From the NCBI GenBank assembly GCA_965197475.1, contig CBDANF010000003.1, positions 2,368,001 to 2,432,000 on the forward strand: a DNA stretch of 64,000 nucleotides, written 5' to 3'. Shown here piece after piece: positions 1 to 9,920 of this stretch; position 1 is the stretch's first letter, and the number at the start of each line of letters is the position of its first letter. Source of the stretch: Candidatus Poribacteria bacterium (lineage in GTDB: Bacteria > Poribacteria > WGA-4E > WGA-3G). The notes under the pieces are model-generated. The model ran no database searches, was not told the DNA's origin, and saw nothing but the letters and a program-made list of their open reading frames with translations. The position numbers were made by a program, and so were the translations under genes.

Positions 1-1
1 A

Positions 2-142
2 ATCACAATGATTGATGCCACACAGACAGATAAACTTGTTTGCATAGAACAACCCCGAATTGACTGTACGAAATTGGAAAAACAGGAAACACCTTGTCCA
101 AAATCAACCATACCACCCTGCACGCGCGAAGCAGGGAAATAA
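2..142 (+). CDS. 3' end of an upstream Cys-containing hypothetical protein (truncated by window edge)
   Basis: Frame 2 is open from base 2 to TAA at 140-142 (...LVCIEQPRIDCTKLEKQETPCPKSTIPPCTREAGK*). The stop overlaps the RBS of the next gene. Confidence 0.45.
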   Translation: MTMIDATQTDKLVCIEQPRIDCTKLEKQETPCPKSTIPPCTREAGK

Positions 143-155
143 AGGAGGAACGGAC

Positions 156-1748
156 ATGAAATTCTTTAGAAACAACGCATATTGGATACTCGGTATCCTT
201 ATCGGTATCGGTATTAGCACGGTGATTTTGATACTACGCGGACAACAAAAGGACGCGGAAACAACGCAGCACGGACCATCTGCGAAACCTGAACAACAGG
301 GCATCGCACAGGTTTCCCCAGAAAATGCTGCCAAACCACCGCCGCCCGGTGAAACACCAGAGAGCGGGTATTGGCATGGTGATCATTGGCACAAAACATC
401 GCCACCACAGGTGCTACCTCCGGCAAAACGAAAACGTCCTGCAAAATCGTCAACACAGAAAAACCTTCCCCTGAAACAGTGGACACACGGACCACACATC
501 GGACACCATCACCCGCGACCAAAACCAGGACCGGACCCGTTAGATTACGGGTTATCCCAAGAACAGATAGACCGAGCAAAAGAACGTCTTGCGTCCACAG
601 AATGGTACGAATACGGAGGCGACGATAGATCCTACATATACTGGAACGAAGAAAAACGGAAAGGTAAAACAGGAGAAGAGATATATGAGCAAATTAATCG
701 AGAAAAAGTAGACATCTTTACAGCGGATATGGATACCGTGAATGCGTTTAAATATCTCGCAGCGTATTCAAATTCAAATATAAATCAGTATGCGCCAGAG
801 TTTGCTGAACGTGCTGTAGCCGAAAATCCCGATTTTCTGGAGGGACATCTTTTCCTGGCACGACAAGAATTTGATATGCAAGGTGGTCGTGTTGGAACAG
901 TAAGGGATATGGTCCGTGCAACTGAGATATATCGCAAAATCGTGGAACACCCCGAACTCCACAGTGCATTGAATCCTACCGATGTGGTCAATTCCTTTGA
1001 AAGCTTAGGCAGCCTGCTTGTGATGGAGCAGCCTGTTGAATCGATTGAATACTTTAAACAGGCAACTAATATAGACCCGAAGTCCGGTTTGTATGGATTA
1101 AGTGTGGCTTACCAGCGATTAGGGGATGTCAAGACTGCCTGGGTATACCTCAAAAAGCTGCAAATCTATCCGCATTATGCAGAACTTGATCGGTATGCGG
1201 AGGCGATTGAAGCGGGTAAACCGTTGATTGACCCGTTACCGAGAACACCTGCACCGCCCGCTGCAAAGAAGGAACTGCCACCTGAGGTCTGGGATGCGTT
1301 TCCCGAAGGGACATCGGACACCGAGAAACCGTTTCACCCCGATACGGAGTGGGACCCACGCACACCAGCGCAGAATACCGCACCCGGTGCAAATACACAC
1401 CCGGATGCCGAACGCGCACGCGCTGCCGCACAGCAGGCACACGAGCATTTCCAAAAACAACACGAACGTGCATTGCAAGAACTCAACGATTTTTTTGATT
1501 TCGCACAAACCGTCTTCAACGCGGACAACCCGATGAATACCAATAACTTCTTACTCAAAGACATGGAGGCATTTTTCAAAGGTGGGCAACCGAAGTTTGA
1601 TCCTGACCGTATCATTCGCGCTTTCGAAACATTTGAACACTACGGTGCAAAAGAGGGGATCAAACATCTCCAAAAAAGCGATCTCGATGTCGCTGAAGCG
1701 GTTCTACAGCTGCTTACCGAAAAACGAAAATCCACTCCCAAAAAGTAA
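156..1748 (+). CDS. Membrane-anchored hypothetical protein with HxxHxH motif and TPR-like helices (paralog 1)
   Basis: RBS aaggagg before ATG156, matching the paralog start. N-terminal TM (AYWILGILIGIGISTVILIL), Pro-rich linker, WHGDHWH, and TPR-like LGSLL..ESIEYFKQATNIDP..LSVAYQRLG. Confidence 0.85.
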   Translation: MKFFRNNAYWILGILIGIGISTVILILRGQQKDAETTQHGPSAKPEQQGIAQVSPENAAKPPPPGETPESGYWHGDHWHKTSPPQVLPPAKRKRPAKSSTQKNLPLKQWTHGPHIGHHHPRPKPGPDPLDYGLSQEQIDRAKERLASTEWYEYGGDDRSYIYWNEEKRKGKTGEEIYEQINREKVDIFTADMDTVNAFKYLAAYSNSNINQYAPEFAERAVAENPDFLEGHLFLARQEFDMQGGRVGTVRDMVRATEIYRKIVEHPELHSALNPTDVVNSFESLGSLLVMEQPVESIEYFKQATNIDPKSGLYGLSVAYQRLGDVKTAWVYLKKLQIYPHYAELDRYAEAIEAGKPLIDPLPRTPAPPAAKKELPPEVWDAFPEGTSDTEKPFHPDTEWDPRTPAQNTAPGANTHPDAERARAAAQQAHEHFQKQHERALQELNDFFDFAQTVFNADNPMNTNNFLLKDMEAFFKGGQPKFDPDRIIRAFETFEHYGAKEGIKHLQKSDLDVAEAVLQLLTEKRKSTPKK

Positions 1749-1789
1749 CGCCTCTTGATAACGGCGGCAACAATAAAGGAGGAACGGAC

Positions 1790-3376
1790 ATGAAATTCTT
1801 TAGAAACAACGCATATTGGATACTCGGTATCCTTATCGGTATCGGTATTAGCACGGTGATTTTGATACTACGCGGACAACAAAAGGACGCGGAAACAACG
1901 CAGCACGGACCATCTGCGAAACCTGAACAACAGGGCATCGCACAGGTTTCCCCAGAAAATGCTGCCAAACCACCGCCGCCCGGTGAAACACCAGAGAGTG
2001 GGTATTGGCATGGTGATCATTGGCACAAAACATCGCCACCACAAGTGCTACCTCCGGCAAAACGAAAACGTACTGCAAAGTCGTCAACACAGAAAAACCT
2101 TCCCCTGAAACAGTGGACACACGGACCACACATCGGGCATTATCATCCGCCTAAAAATACGTGGCCGAACTATGCGGATTACGGGCTATCTCAAGAACAG
2201 ATAGACCGAATCGAAGAACTTGGCTTACAATGGCAAGCTGAATACGGTGATGAAGCATTCTTCAATAGAAGATGGGAACAGAAAGGCCAAACTCAAGAAG
2301 AATGGGAAGCGGAAGGACATCGGAAACAAGTTGATAACATCACAGCGGATATGGATGCTATTAATGCGTTTAAATATCTCGCTGCTACATCGCCTATCCG
2401 AAATCCTTCCCAACATCTGTCAGCTTACCGTCATTCTCGATTTTATGAATACTTGCCGGAGTTCGCTGAGCGTGCTGTCGCCGAGAATCCCGATTTCCTG
2501 AAGGGGCATCTTTTTCTAGCACAACAAGAAAAGGATCCGGCCCGTGCTATCGAAACATATCGCGAAATTGTGGAACACCCCGATGTACACACTGCCCTCA
2601 GTCCCACCGATGCTGTTACTGCCTTTGACAGCTTAGGCGGCCTGCTTGTGATGGAGCAGCCTGTTGAATCGATTGAATACTTTAAACAGGCAACTAATAT
2701 AGACCCGAAGTCCGGTTTGTATGGATTAAGTGTGGCTTACCAGCGATTAGGAGACCTCAAAACTGCCTGGGTATACCTCAAAAAGCTGCAAACCTATCCG
2801 CATCATGCAGAACTTGATCGGTATGTAGAAGCGATTGAAGCGGGTAAACCGTGGATTGACCCGTTGCCGAGGACATCTGCACCGCCCGCTGCAAAGAAGG
2901 AACTGCCATCTGAGGTCTGGGATGCGTTTCCCGAAGGGACATCGGACACCGAGAAACCGTTTCACCCCGATACGGAGTGGGACCCACGCACACCAGCGCA
3001 GAATACCGCACCCGGTGCAAATACACACCCGGATGCCGAACGCGCACGCGCTGCCGCACAGCAGGCACACGAGCATTTCCAAAAACAACACGAACGTGCA
3101 TTGCAAGAACTCAACGATTTTTTTGATTTCGCACAAACCGTCTTCAACGCGGACAACCCGATGAATACCAATAACTTCTTACTCAAAGACATGGAGGCAT
3201 TTTTCAAAGGTGGGCAACCGAAGTTTGATCCTGACCGTATCATTCGCGCCTTCGAAACGTTTGAACGCTATGGTGCAAAAGAGGGGATCAAACATCTCCA
3301 AAAAAGCGATCTCGATGTCGCTGAAGCGGTTCTACAGCTGCTTACCGAAAAACGAAAATCCACTCCCAAAAAGTAA
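1790..3376 (+). CDS. Membrane-anchored hypothetical protein with HxxHxH motif and TPR-like helices (paralog 2)
   Basis: Same RBS and same N- and C-termini as 156..1748. Confidence 0.88.
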   Translation: MKFFRNNAYWILGILIGIGISTVILILRGQQKDAETTQHGPSAKPEQQGIAQVSPENAAKPPPPGETPESGYWHGDHWHKTSPPQVLPPAKRKRTAKSSTQKNLPLKQWTHGPHIGHYHPPKNTWPNYADYGLSQEQIDRIEELGLQWQAEYGDEAFFNRRWEQKGQTQEEWEAEGHRKQVDNITADMDAINAFKYLAATSPIRNPSQHLSAYRHSRFYEYLPEFAERAVAENPDFLKGHLFLAQQEKDPARAIETYREIVEHPDVHTALSPTDAVTAFDSLGGLLVMEQPVESIEYFKQATNIDPKSGLYGLSVAYQRLGDLKTAWVYLKKLQTYPHHAELDRYVEAIEAGKPWIDPLPRTSAPPAAKKELPSEVWDAFPEGTSDTEKPFHPDTEWDPRTPAQNTAPGANTHPDAERARAAAQQAHEHFQKQHERALQELNDFFDFAQTVFNADNPMNTNNFLLKDMEAFFKGGQPKFDPDRIIRAFETFERYGAKEGIKHLQKSDLDVAEAVLQLLTEKRKSTPKK

Positions 3377-3460
3377 CGCCTCTTGACAACGGCAACTTTT
3401 ATAGCAAAGGAGAACTTTATGAAACTTATACGCGATTTAATACAGCAAAGGAGAAACTTC

Positions 3461-5347
3461 ATGAAATATAAACGCGCTTTTATCTTGTTACTGTTCGTCT
3501 TACTGTCCGCGCCGGTGGTGCCAGTCTACTCAGCCACGCCAGAAGTATACCCAATGTCAATCACGAAATACGGTTACACGTTGGAAGTGTCAAAGTTAGC
3601 CGCAAACTTCTTTCCCGATATCAATACAGATATAGGGTTTACGATCACCGTCACCTTTCCCTCAAACGCTTCGGGGGCTGACCTCTTTGTCGGACTACTA
3701 CCTGACAGCGTTTCGAACCATTTGGGGCAATGCATCAGCCACGATGACAATGGTGAACATGCTAATCCCGATCTTATGCTGCGATTGATGAATAACGATG
3801 GATGGAGACGGGTGAGCGGCAGCAGGACGACCCTTGTCAGTCATCTCATCGCCACGGGTACTTTACCTGTCCCTTCATCTGTCAATGTCTACTGTAAGGA
3901 TAGTGCCGCCTCTGGCAAAATCGTTATTAGCTTAGACCCGACTGGTAAACCCGCCATCAGTCTGACCCGGCGCATCCCATTTGATGACGCAAACGAAAAC
4001 GGTATCGCTGACGGCTGGGCAGGCGATGCAATCAAAAACTATACCGGTGGCGAAGACGAAGAAACAGGGCCCGCTGGCACCAACTTTTTAGGGTACGTTC
4101 TGGATGCCAACGGCAATATTGAGTACAATAACGTCGGCATACCAAAGACGAAGAGATATAACGTTGCCGCGAATGGACATGTTGGCGATGGACTTACCGC
4201 TTTTGAGGAGTACCGCGGCGCAAAACTCGCCCGCGGGCTACCCGTGAAAAGGTTCGATCCGACTGTAAAGGATATCTTCGTGACACATAGGTACCATAAC
4301 AATAATGACTTAAAGCAAAAAGGAACCGGCACGGGTGCTGATTTTAAACTCACTCCCTACGAGATCATAACCGCGAGGACGGATAACGTGGTCAATTTAT
4401 ATACGGACGGACGCGCAGCCTCTCGTGTTTTCGCGATTAAAATTGAAGAAAATACGACTCAAGCCCCCGCAAACTTGCAGGTTCCCCCTCTCGGAGAAGC
4501 AACAGGAAATGCAAACATACCGAAATGTACGGATGTGGCTAATGGATTCTATGAGTTCCCGCCAGAGGTAACCATTTACACTGCCCGTCTCACAGCTGAC
4601 GAGATGGGCAAGGTGCTCTCACACGAAATTGGGCACTGCGTCAACTTAGAGCATTGCGATCAGGCAGAACCGGGGTGCCTGATGTTTCATGCAGAAAAGA
4701 AATTGCGTATAAGTTTTGGCAAGTATCACATCCCCGAGTATGATTTGATAGAACCCTTTGCAGCAGTGCCGGTAGCTAACCCCATTATTGGTGGGGACAA
4801 CCCGGGCGATGGTAACGGGGACAGTGGTGATGATAGTAACATCCTCAGCACGAATACGGGTTATAGTTCTTCACATGGGTGTGATTATAACTCCGAACAT
4901 GACTATTGCTCAGACACTGGTACGTGTGGAAGTCAAACGTCGTTTGATGGCATCGGTCTCTGTGGACATCGTTGGTGCCTCTGTCCTGCCGATGATAGCA
5001 GTAGCATTCTCAGCACGAACACTGGTGTCAGTGATACCTATGGTTGTCACTATATATCAGAACGTGACTACTGCTCAGACACTGGCACGTGTGGAAGTCA
5101 AACGTCGTCTGATGGCATCGGTCTCTGCGGACACCGATACTGCCTCTGTCCCGCCACCGATGATAGCAGCACCGATGATAGCAGTAGCATTCTCAGCACG
5201 AACACTGGTGTCAGTGATACCTATGGTTGTCACTATATATCAGAACGTGACTACTGCTCAGACACTGGCACGTGTGGAAGTCAAACGTCGTCTGATGGCA
5301 TCGGTCTCTGCGGACACCGATACTGCCTCTGTCCCGCCGCGGACTAA
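3461..5347 (+). CDS. Secreted metzincin-like zinc metalloprotease with C-terminal Cys-rich repeats
   Basis: RBS aaggag + ATG3461. Signal peptide MKYKRAFILLLFVLLSAPVVPVYSA. HEIGHCVNLEH followed by a CLM Met-turn. DxNxNG/GDGL..EE Ca-type loops and three 6-Cys repeats. Confidence 0.8.
   Translation: MKYKRAFILLLFVLLSAPVVPVYSATPEVYPMSITKYGYTLEVSKLAANFFPDINTDIGFTITVTFPSNASGADLFVGLLPDSVSNHLGQCISHDDNGEHANPDLMLRLMNNDGWRRVSGSRTTLVSHLIATGTLPVPSSVNVYCKDSAASGKIVISLDPTGKPAISLTRRIPFDDANENGIADGWAGDAIKNYTGGEDEETGPAGTNFLGYVLDANGNIEYNNVGIPKTKRYNVAANGHVGDGLTAFEEYRGAKLARGLPVKRFDPTVKDIFVTHRYHNNNDLKQKGTGTGADFKLTPYEIITARTDNVVNLYTDGRAASRVFAIKIEENTTQAPANLQVPPLGEATGNANIPKCTDVANGFYEFPPEVTIYTARLTADEMGKVLSHEIGHCVNLEHCDQAEPGCLMFHAEKKLRISFGKYHIPEYDLIEPFAAVPVANPIIGGDNPGDGNGDSGDDSNILSTNTGYSSSHGCDYNSEHDYCSDTGTCGSQTSFDGIGLCGHRWCLCPADDSSSILSTNTGVSDTYGCHYISERDYCSDTGTCGSQTSSDGIGLCGHRYCLCPATDDSSTDDSSSILSTNTGVSDTYGCHYISERDYCSDTGTCGSQTSSDGIGLCGHRYCLCPAAD
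4829..5339 (+). repeat. Three intragenic ~54-aa Cys-rich repeats
   Basis: 4989-5156 and 5172-5339 are identical (offset 183). 4829-4990 is a diverged first copy. Confidence 0.95.
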
Positions 5348-5364
5348 CACAGGGAATGCCCATC

Positions 5365-5402
5365 ACAGGCAGTGCTTCCTTATTGAAAGGCTGCCTGTTT
5401 TC
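5365..5402 (+). terminator. Hairpin between protease and GspC-like gene (terminator/processing site)
   Basis: Stem acaggcag...ctgcctgt followed by a T-run. The related aggcag/ctgcct hairpin is at 28221. Confidence 0.55.
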
Positions 5403-5421
5403 TCAAGATGTTTAATACCCT

Positions 5422-5874
5422 ATGCGCCGTTGTCATTTGATTTACAGTCTGTGCCTCTTGGCATTTCTCATGTTTTGCGGAATATCGCTGTTTCCGCGAA
5501 AGGATCCTCCGCGATCGGAACCGTTAGTCGTGCCACCGGAGGACCCTGCCCCGCAGGCATCAAATACGTCCCCCGATGCCACACCGGACACATTCTATCA
5601 ATTTATCATCGACAATAATCTGTTCCGCCCACTTGGGTGGCAACCGCCCAAGCAGCAGCCCGACTATATCCTGCTCGGCACCGTCGTCGCACAGTTCCCC
5701 CAAGCGACCACCGCTGTTATCTTGGAACGCCGTTCCAAACAGTTGCAGATTATCACAGTCGGGGATACCCTTGGCACGTTAATCGTCACCGCCATAGAAC
5801 CTAAGCAGGTTACGTTGTGCAGACCCAATGGACAGCAGATTCTCATGCGCGGTGCCGCTTTCCAATCCTACTAA
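5422..5874 (+). CDS. GspC/T2SS protein C-like (TM + HR domain, no PDZ)
   Basis: N-terminal TM, Pro-rich linker, NLF motif, then YILLGTVV..AVI..VGDTL..VTAIEPKQVTL..G, which is the HR/PilP-type beta pattern. Confidence 0.65.
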   Translation: MRRCHLIYSLCLLAFLMFCGISLFPRKDPPRSEPLVVPPEDPAPQASNTSPDATPDTFYQFIIDNNLFRPLGWQPPKQQPDYILLGTVVAQFPQATTAVILERRSKQLQIITVGDTLGTLIVTAIEPKQVTLCRPNGQQILMRGAAFQSY

Positions 5875-5885
5875 CGTTATGTTTA

Positions 5886-6037
5886 GAGCGTATGTCATAA
5901 ATCATTTGTAGGGCGAGGTCTCTGTGCCTCGCTATGTCTTGAGAACGAAAACAACGGGCGGGCACAGAGACCCACCCCTACGATGAAGTTGGATGCTCTG
6001 AAGGAAACCGTGTTTAACGATTTATGAGATAGACTGT
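5886..6037. mobile_element. MITE-like element containing a GTAG-type REP pair
   Basis: Imperfect TIR tatgtcataaatc/gatttatgagata encloses gtagggcgaggtctctgtgcctcgc ... gggcacagagacccacccctac. Confidence 0.6.
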
Positions 6038-6288
6038 ATTCAAATTATAATGGTTATTCGGATTTTACAAAGAGGGTTATGACCATATAATGAAATTTCC
6101 AACTTTAATCAAAATGAACCGCTGCAGGCGCGGGTTCTCAATCCCAAAAACTGTCTCATATTATTTAGTCAATACTATCAAAATTTGAACGTCCAAACCG
6201 TAATCCTGTGTGGAAGAGCGATTAAATCGTAAAAAATTAGCAGTTTCGCAAAAAATTTCTAATTATTTTCATAATTTTCAAATTTAAC

Positions 6289-6317
6289 TTGACAAATGAC
6301 AGAAACCGTATTATAAT
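6289..6317 (+). promoter_or_regulatory. Consensus sigma70 promoter of the ribosomal superoperon
   Basis: TTGACA (6289) - 17 bp - TATAAT (6312), with an AT-rich upstream tract. Confidence 0.9.
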
Positions 6318-6434
6318 TAAAGTTTTGAGTGTGATAGTTAAGTTTTGTCTAGAACAAACATAGGGGGCATTCAATTTGGAAGCAGTCTAACGTCGTTTTT
6401 TCAGAGCAGCGTTAATGTGTTCAAGTAAATTATG

Positions 6435-6458
6435 AGCCCTGCAAGGGCTTTTTCTTTT
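6435..6458 (+). promoter_or_regulatory. Terminator-like hairpin in rpsL 5' leader (possible attenuator)
   Basis: agccct-gca-agggct followed by ttttctttt. Confidence 0.45.
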
Positions 6459-6510
6459 GTCTAAACGTTGTAGGTGTGACCTATTGTCGTTATGTCAGTG
6501 AGGTGTGGAG

Positions 6511-6885
6511 ATGCCAACTATTAATCAATTAATTAAAAAACCGCGCAAAAAATATCGTAAAAAAACGAAATCCCCGATTCTCCAGCAGTGCCCACAACGT
6601 AGAGGTATCTGCTTACAGGTGAAAACGGTAACGCCAAACAAGCCTAACTCAGCCTTACGGAAAGTGGCACGTGTCCGGTTTACCTCTTCTACTGATGAAG
6701 CAACCTGTTATATTCCAGGGATTGACCACAATTTGCAGGAGCACTCAATGGTGTTAGTCCGCGGCGGGCGAGTCAAGGATTTGTCAAACGTGCGATACCA
6801 TATTGTCCGTGGCAAATTAGATACAGATGGTGTTGAAAACCGTCGCCAGGGTCGCTCTAAATATGGGGCGCGGAAGCCCGGTTAA
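6511..6885 (+). CDS. rpsL: 30S ribosomal protein S12
   Basis: MPTINQL..PQRRG..PNSALRK..HNLQEHS..GGRVKDL..RSKYG. Confidence 0.99.
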   Translation: MPTINQLIKKPRKKYRKKTKSPILQQCPQRRGICLQVKTVTPNKPNSALRKVARVRFTSSTDEATCYIPGIDHNLQEHSMVLVRGGRVKDLSNVRYHIVRGKLDTDGVENRRQGRSKYGARKPG

Positions 6886-7001
6886 TTGACCAACAATATA
6901 AATTTCATCTTTGTTCAAGAAAACTTTGTTCAAGAAGATACGATAGATTGTAATACCGGTAAGAGAGCGGGTTGTGCTCTTGATTTCTGGAGGAATGATA
7001 C

Positions 7002-7472
7002 ATGCCGAGGCGTGGAAACGTCGCAAAACGGGACGTAAGTCCCGATGCCGTTCACAACAGCAAATTAGTTTCAAAATTTATTAACCATCTAATGTGGGAT
7101 GGTAAAAAAGGCACCGCACAACGGATTGTCTACACCAGTTTTCGGATTATTGAGGAGCGAGCGAAAGAGGATGGATTTACAGTGTTTCGACAAGCCATCA
7201 ATAATGTGAAACCTGTGCTGGAAATCCGCCCACGGCGTGTCGGAAGCCAAACATATCAAGTACCGGTTGATGTAAAAGCTGAACGACGAACCACTTTAGC
7301 GGTTAACTGGATTATCCAATCTGCGCGTAACCGAGGCGAAAAAGGTATGGCCGCGCGGTTGGCAGGCGAGCTTTTGGATGCATCGCAGAATGAAGGTAAC
7401 GCAATTGGTAAGAAACAAGACCAACACCGGATGGCGGAAGCAAATAGAGCCTTTGCACATTATCGATGGTAA
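7002..7472 (+). CDS. rpsG: 30S ribosomal protein S7
   Basis: [24 protein letters not shown]. Confidence 0.99.
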   Translation: MPRRGNVAKRDVSPDAVHNSKLVSKFINHLMWDGKKGTAQRIVYTSFRIIEERAKEDGFTVFRQAINNVKPVLEIRPRRVGSQTYQVPVDVKAERRTTLAVNWIIQSARNRGEKGMAARLAGELLDASQNEGNAIGKKQDQHRMAEANRAFAHYRW

Positions 7473-7558
7473 TCAAATTAAATAATAAACATAAAAACAA
7501 CACACAGAAAATTGTGAAACGGTGTCAAAAAGATCGACTAAACAAGGAGTCTTAAACT

Positions 7559-9670
7559 GTGTCGGACAACAAACAGAGGGTGCCACATCGGTCAGTCCTA
7601 TCGCATACGCGAAACATCGGTATTATGGCCCATATTGACGCGGGCAAAACGACTGTAACCGAACGAGTCCTATTTTATACGGGACGGGTCTACCGTATTG
7701 GTGAGGTACACGACGGTACGAGCACAATGGACTGGATGGTGCAGGAGCAGGAACGCGGTATTACCATTACTGCTGCGGCAACTACCTGTAACTGGAAAGA
7801 TCACCAAATTAATATCATTGATACGCCAGGACATATTGACTTTACCGTTGAAGTTGAACGTTCCTTGAGAGTTCTGGATGGTGCAGTTGCTGTGTTCTGT
7901 GCAGTCGGCGGCGTTGAACCCCAATCGGAAACGGTTTGGCGGCAAGCGGATAAATATGAAATCCCTCGTATTGCGTATGTCAATAAAATGGATAGAACCG
8001 GTGCTGACTTTTTCCGAACCGTTGAAATGATGGGTGAACGTTTAGGTGCTACTGCCTTACCTATCCAACTCCCAATCGGGTCTGCCGAACAATTCAAAGG
8101 AATTGTTGACCTCATTTCAATGAAAGGACAGTTGTGGGACGAAGGAAGTCTCGGTGCTGTTATTCATGAAACCGACATCCCCGCAGAAATGGAGGAAATG
8201 GTGCATGAATACCGGGATCGGTTGTTTGCTGCAGTCGCAGAATGGGATGATGAACTCTTAGTCAAATATCTTGATGGTGTTGAGATTACGCCTGAGGAAA
8301 TTAAAGCGGGGTTGCGTCAAGCGGTACTCAGTAGTAAAGTCGTGCCAGTGCTTTGCGGAAGCGCGCTAAAAAATAAGGGCGTTCAACCACTTTTAGATGG
8401 CATTGTCTCCTATCTCCCAGCTCCAACAGATGTCAAACCGGTTGTTGGGTTTAACCCGAAAACTGAGGAAGAAGAGACGCGTCCAGCAGATAAGGACGCA
8501 CCGTTCAGTGCACTTGCATTTAAAATTGCCACCGATCCACACGTTGGAAAACTGACATACCTACGCGTCTACTCCGGTGTCCTAAACAAAGGCACCACGG
8601 TTTACAACAGCAAACGCGAAAAATTTGAACGCATCGGCAGGTTGATGCAGATGCACGCTAATAAACGCGAAGAACATCAATCTGTTAGTGCTGGTGACAT
8701 CGTTGCTGTGATCGGATTAAAAGATTTAGGCACTGGTGACACTATCTGTGATCCTAAATCACCAATTGCACTGGAAACAATGGTTTTTCCGTTACCTGTC
8801 ATGTCAGTAGCGGTTGAACCACGCTCGCAATCAGACATTGATAAGTTAAATCTTGCCCTCTCAAAATTGGCTGAGGAAGACCCGACTTTCAAAGTTCATC
8901 AAGACCCAGATACAGGACAAACGCTCCTATCCGGCATGGGTGAACTGCATCTGGAAATCATCGTGGATAGGTTAGTGAGAGAGTTTAACGTTTCCGCTAA
9001 CGTAGGTTCACCTGAAGTGGCATATCGGGAAACACTTCTGAAACCAGTAAAAGTCCAAGGTAGATTTGTACGGCAATCGGGCGGCAGAGGGCAGTTCGGA
9101 CATGTTGTTATTGAGGTTACACCTCTTGAAAAAGGTACTGGCTTTGAATTTACTGATGAAACGAAGGGTGGGGTTATCCCCCAAGAATACATCCCTGCGG
9201 TTCGAAAAGGCATCGAAAATGCAATGAATGTCGGAACTTTAGCCGGTTACCCTGTCGTTGATGTTGGTGTTCGACTTGTAGACGGTTCTTTCCATCAGGT
9301 AGATTCCTCAGAGATGGCGTTTTCGATTGCTGGTTCTATAGCGTTCAAGGAAGCTGCAAAAAAGGCAGGATCAGTATTACTTGAGCCGATCATGGAGGTT
9401 GAAGTTTTAGTCCCTGATGAGTACCTTGGGAAAGTGATTGGCGATCTTAACTCTCGACGCGCTCATATTAGAGACACAGCGGTACATGCAAAATCGCGGA
9501 TTCAAGTCGTTCAGGTAGATGTTCCGTTGTCTGAAATGTTTGGTTACGTCAAATCACTTCGTTCGCTAACACAGGGACGTGCCAACTATTCTATGGAGTT
9601 TGGACATTATAGAGAGGTTCCAGCGAGCGTTGCTGAGGATTTGATTTCAAGCACAGTATCAACATCATAA
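7559..9670 (+). CDS. fusA: Elongation factor G
   Basis: [29 protein letters not shown] start after aaggag. Confidence 0.99.
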   Translation: MSDNKQRVPHRSVLSHTRNIGIMAHIDAGKTTVTERVLFYTGRVYRIGEVHDGTSTMDWMVQEQERGITITAAATTCNWKDHQINIIDTPGHIDFTVEVERSLRVLDGAVAVFCAVGGVEPQSETVWRQADKYEIPRIAYVNKMDRTGADFFRTVEMMGERLGATALPIQLPIGSAEQFKGIVDLISMKGQLWDEGSLGAVIHETDIPAEMEEMVHEYRDRLFAAVAEWDDELLVKYLDGVEITPEEIKAGLRQAVLSSKVVPVLCGSALKNKGVQPLLDGIVSYLPAPTDVKPVVGFNPKTEEEETRPADKDAPFSALAFKIATDPHVGKLTYLRVYSGVLNKGTTVYNSKREKFERIGRLMQMHANKREEHQSVSAGDIVAVIGLKDLGTGDTICDPKSPIALETMVFPLPVMSVAVEPRSQSDIDKLNLALSKLAEEDPTFKVHQDPDTGQTLLSGMGELHLEIIVDRLVREFNVSANVGSPEVAYRETLLKPVKVQGRFVRQSGGRGQFGHVVIEVTPLEKGTGFEFTDETKGGVIPQEYIPAVRKGIENAMNVGTLAGYPVVDVGVRLVDGSFHQVDSSEMAFSIAGSIAFKEAAKKAGSVLLEPIMEVEVLVPDEYLGKVIGDLNSRRAHIRDTAVHAKSRIQVVQVDVPLSEMFGYVKSLRSLTQGRANYSMEFGHYREVPASVAEDLISSTVSTS

Positions 9671-9920
9671 GACCGATTGAAACATTATAGTTCGTTCGCC
9701 TTTGAGGTGATATTGAACGTTTGTTGATCATTACAAAATAAAGCGACACGCCAAAGCGATTTAATAATCGTAAGGCTATTTATGAACGTCCGAAAACATT
9801 CGGACACATTTGAAACACGTTGTGCGCCTACTATGCGCGCCTATGATAATATAGATTCAACTCAGGTAAAATGAGATTTAAAACATTTATATCTAACCTA
9901 TAATTGGAGCTCGGACAGAA

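Larger units (their letters stand above)
138..3393 (+). repeat. Tandem gene duplication (~1.63 kb unit) with near-identical ends and divergent centre
   Basis: 138-~502 matches 1772-~2136 and ~1005-1765 matches ~2630-3393 almost base for base. The middles differ and contain indels. Confidence 0.95.

Noticed and set aside
138-3393. Diversity-generating retroelement TR/VR pair
   Set aside because: Differences include indels and are not adenine-specific. No reverse transcriptase is in the window.
4788-5618. 276-aa alternative-frame ORF
   Set aside because: Shadow of the Cys-rich repeats; it crosses the hairpin and the GspC-like gene and has no RBS.
9671-9920. tRNA/ncRNA or internal promoter in the fusA-tuf spacer
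   Set aside because: No cloverleaf or T-loop, only short hairpins and a weak -10; not enough support.
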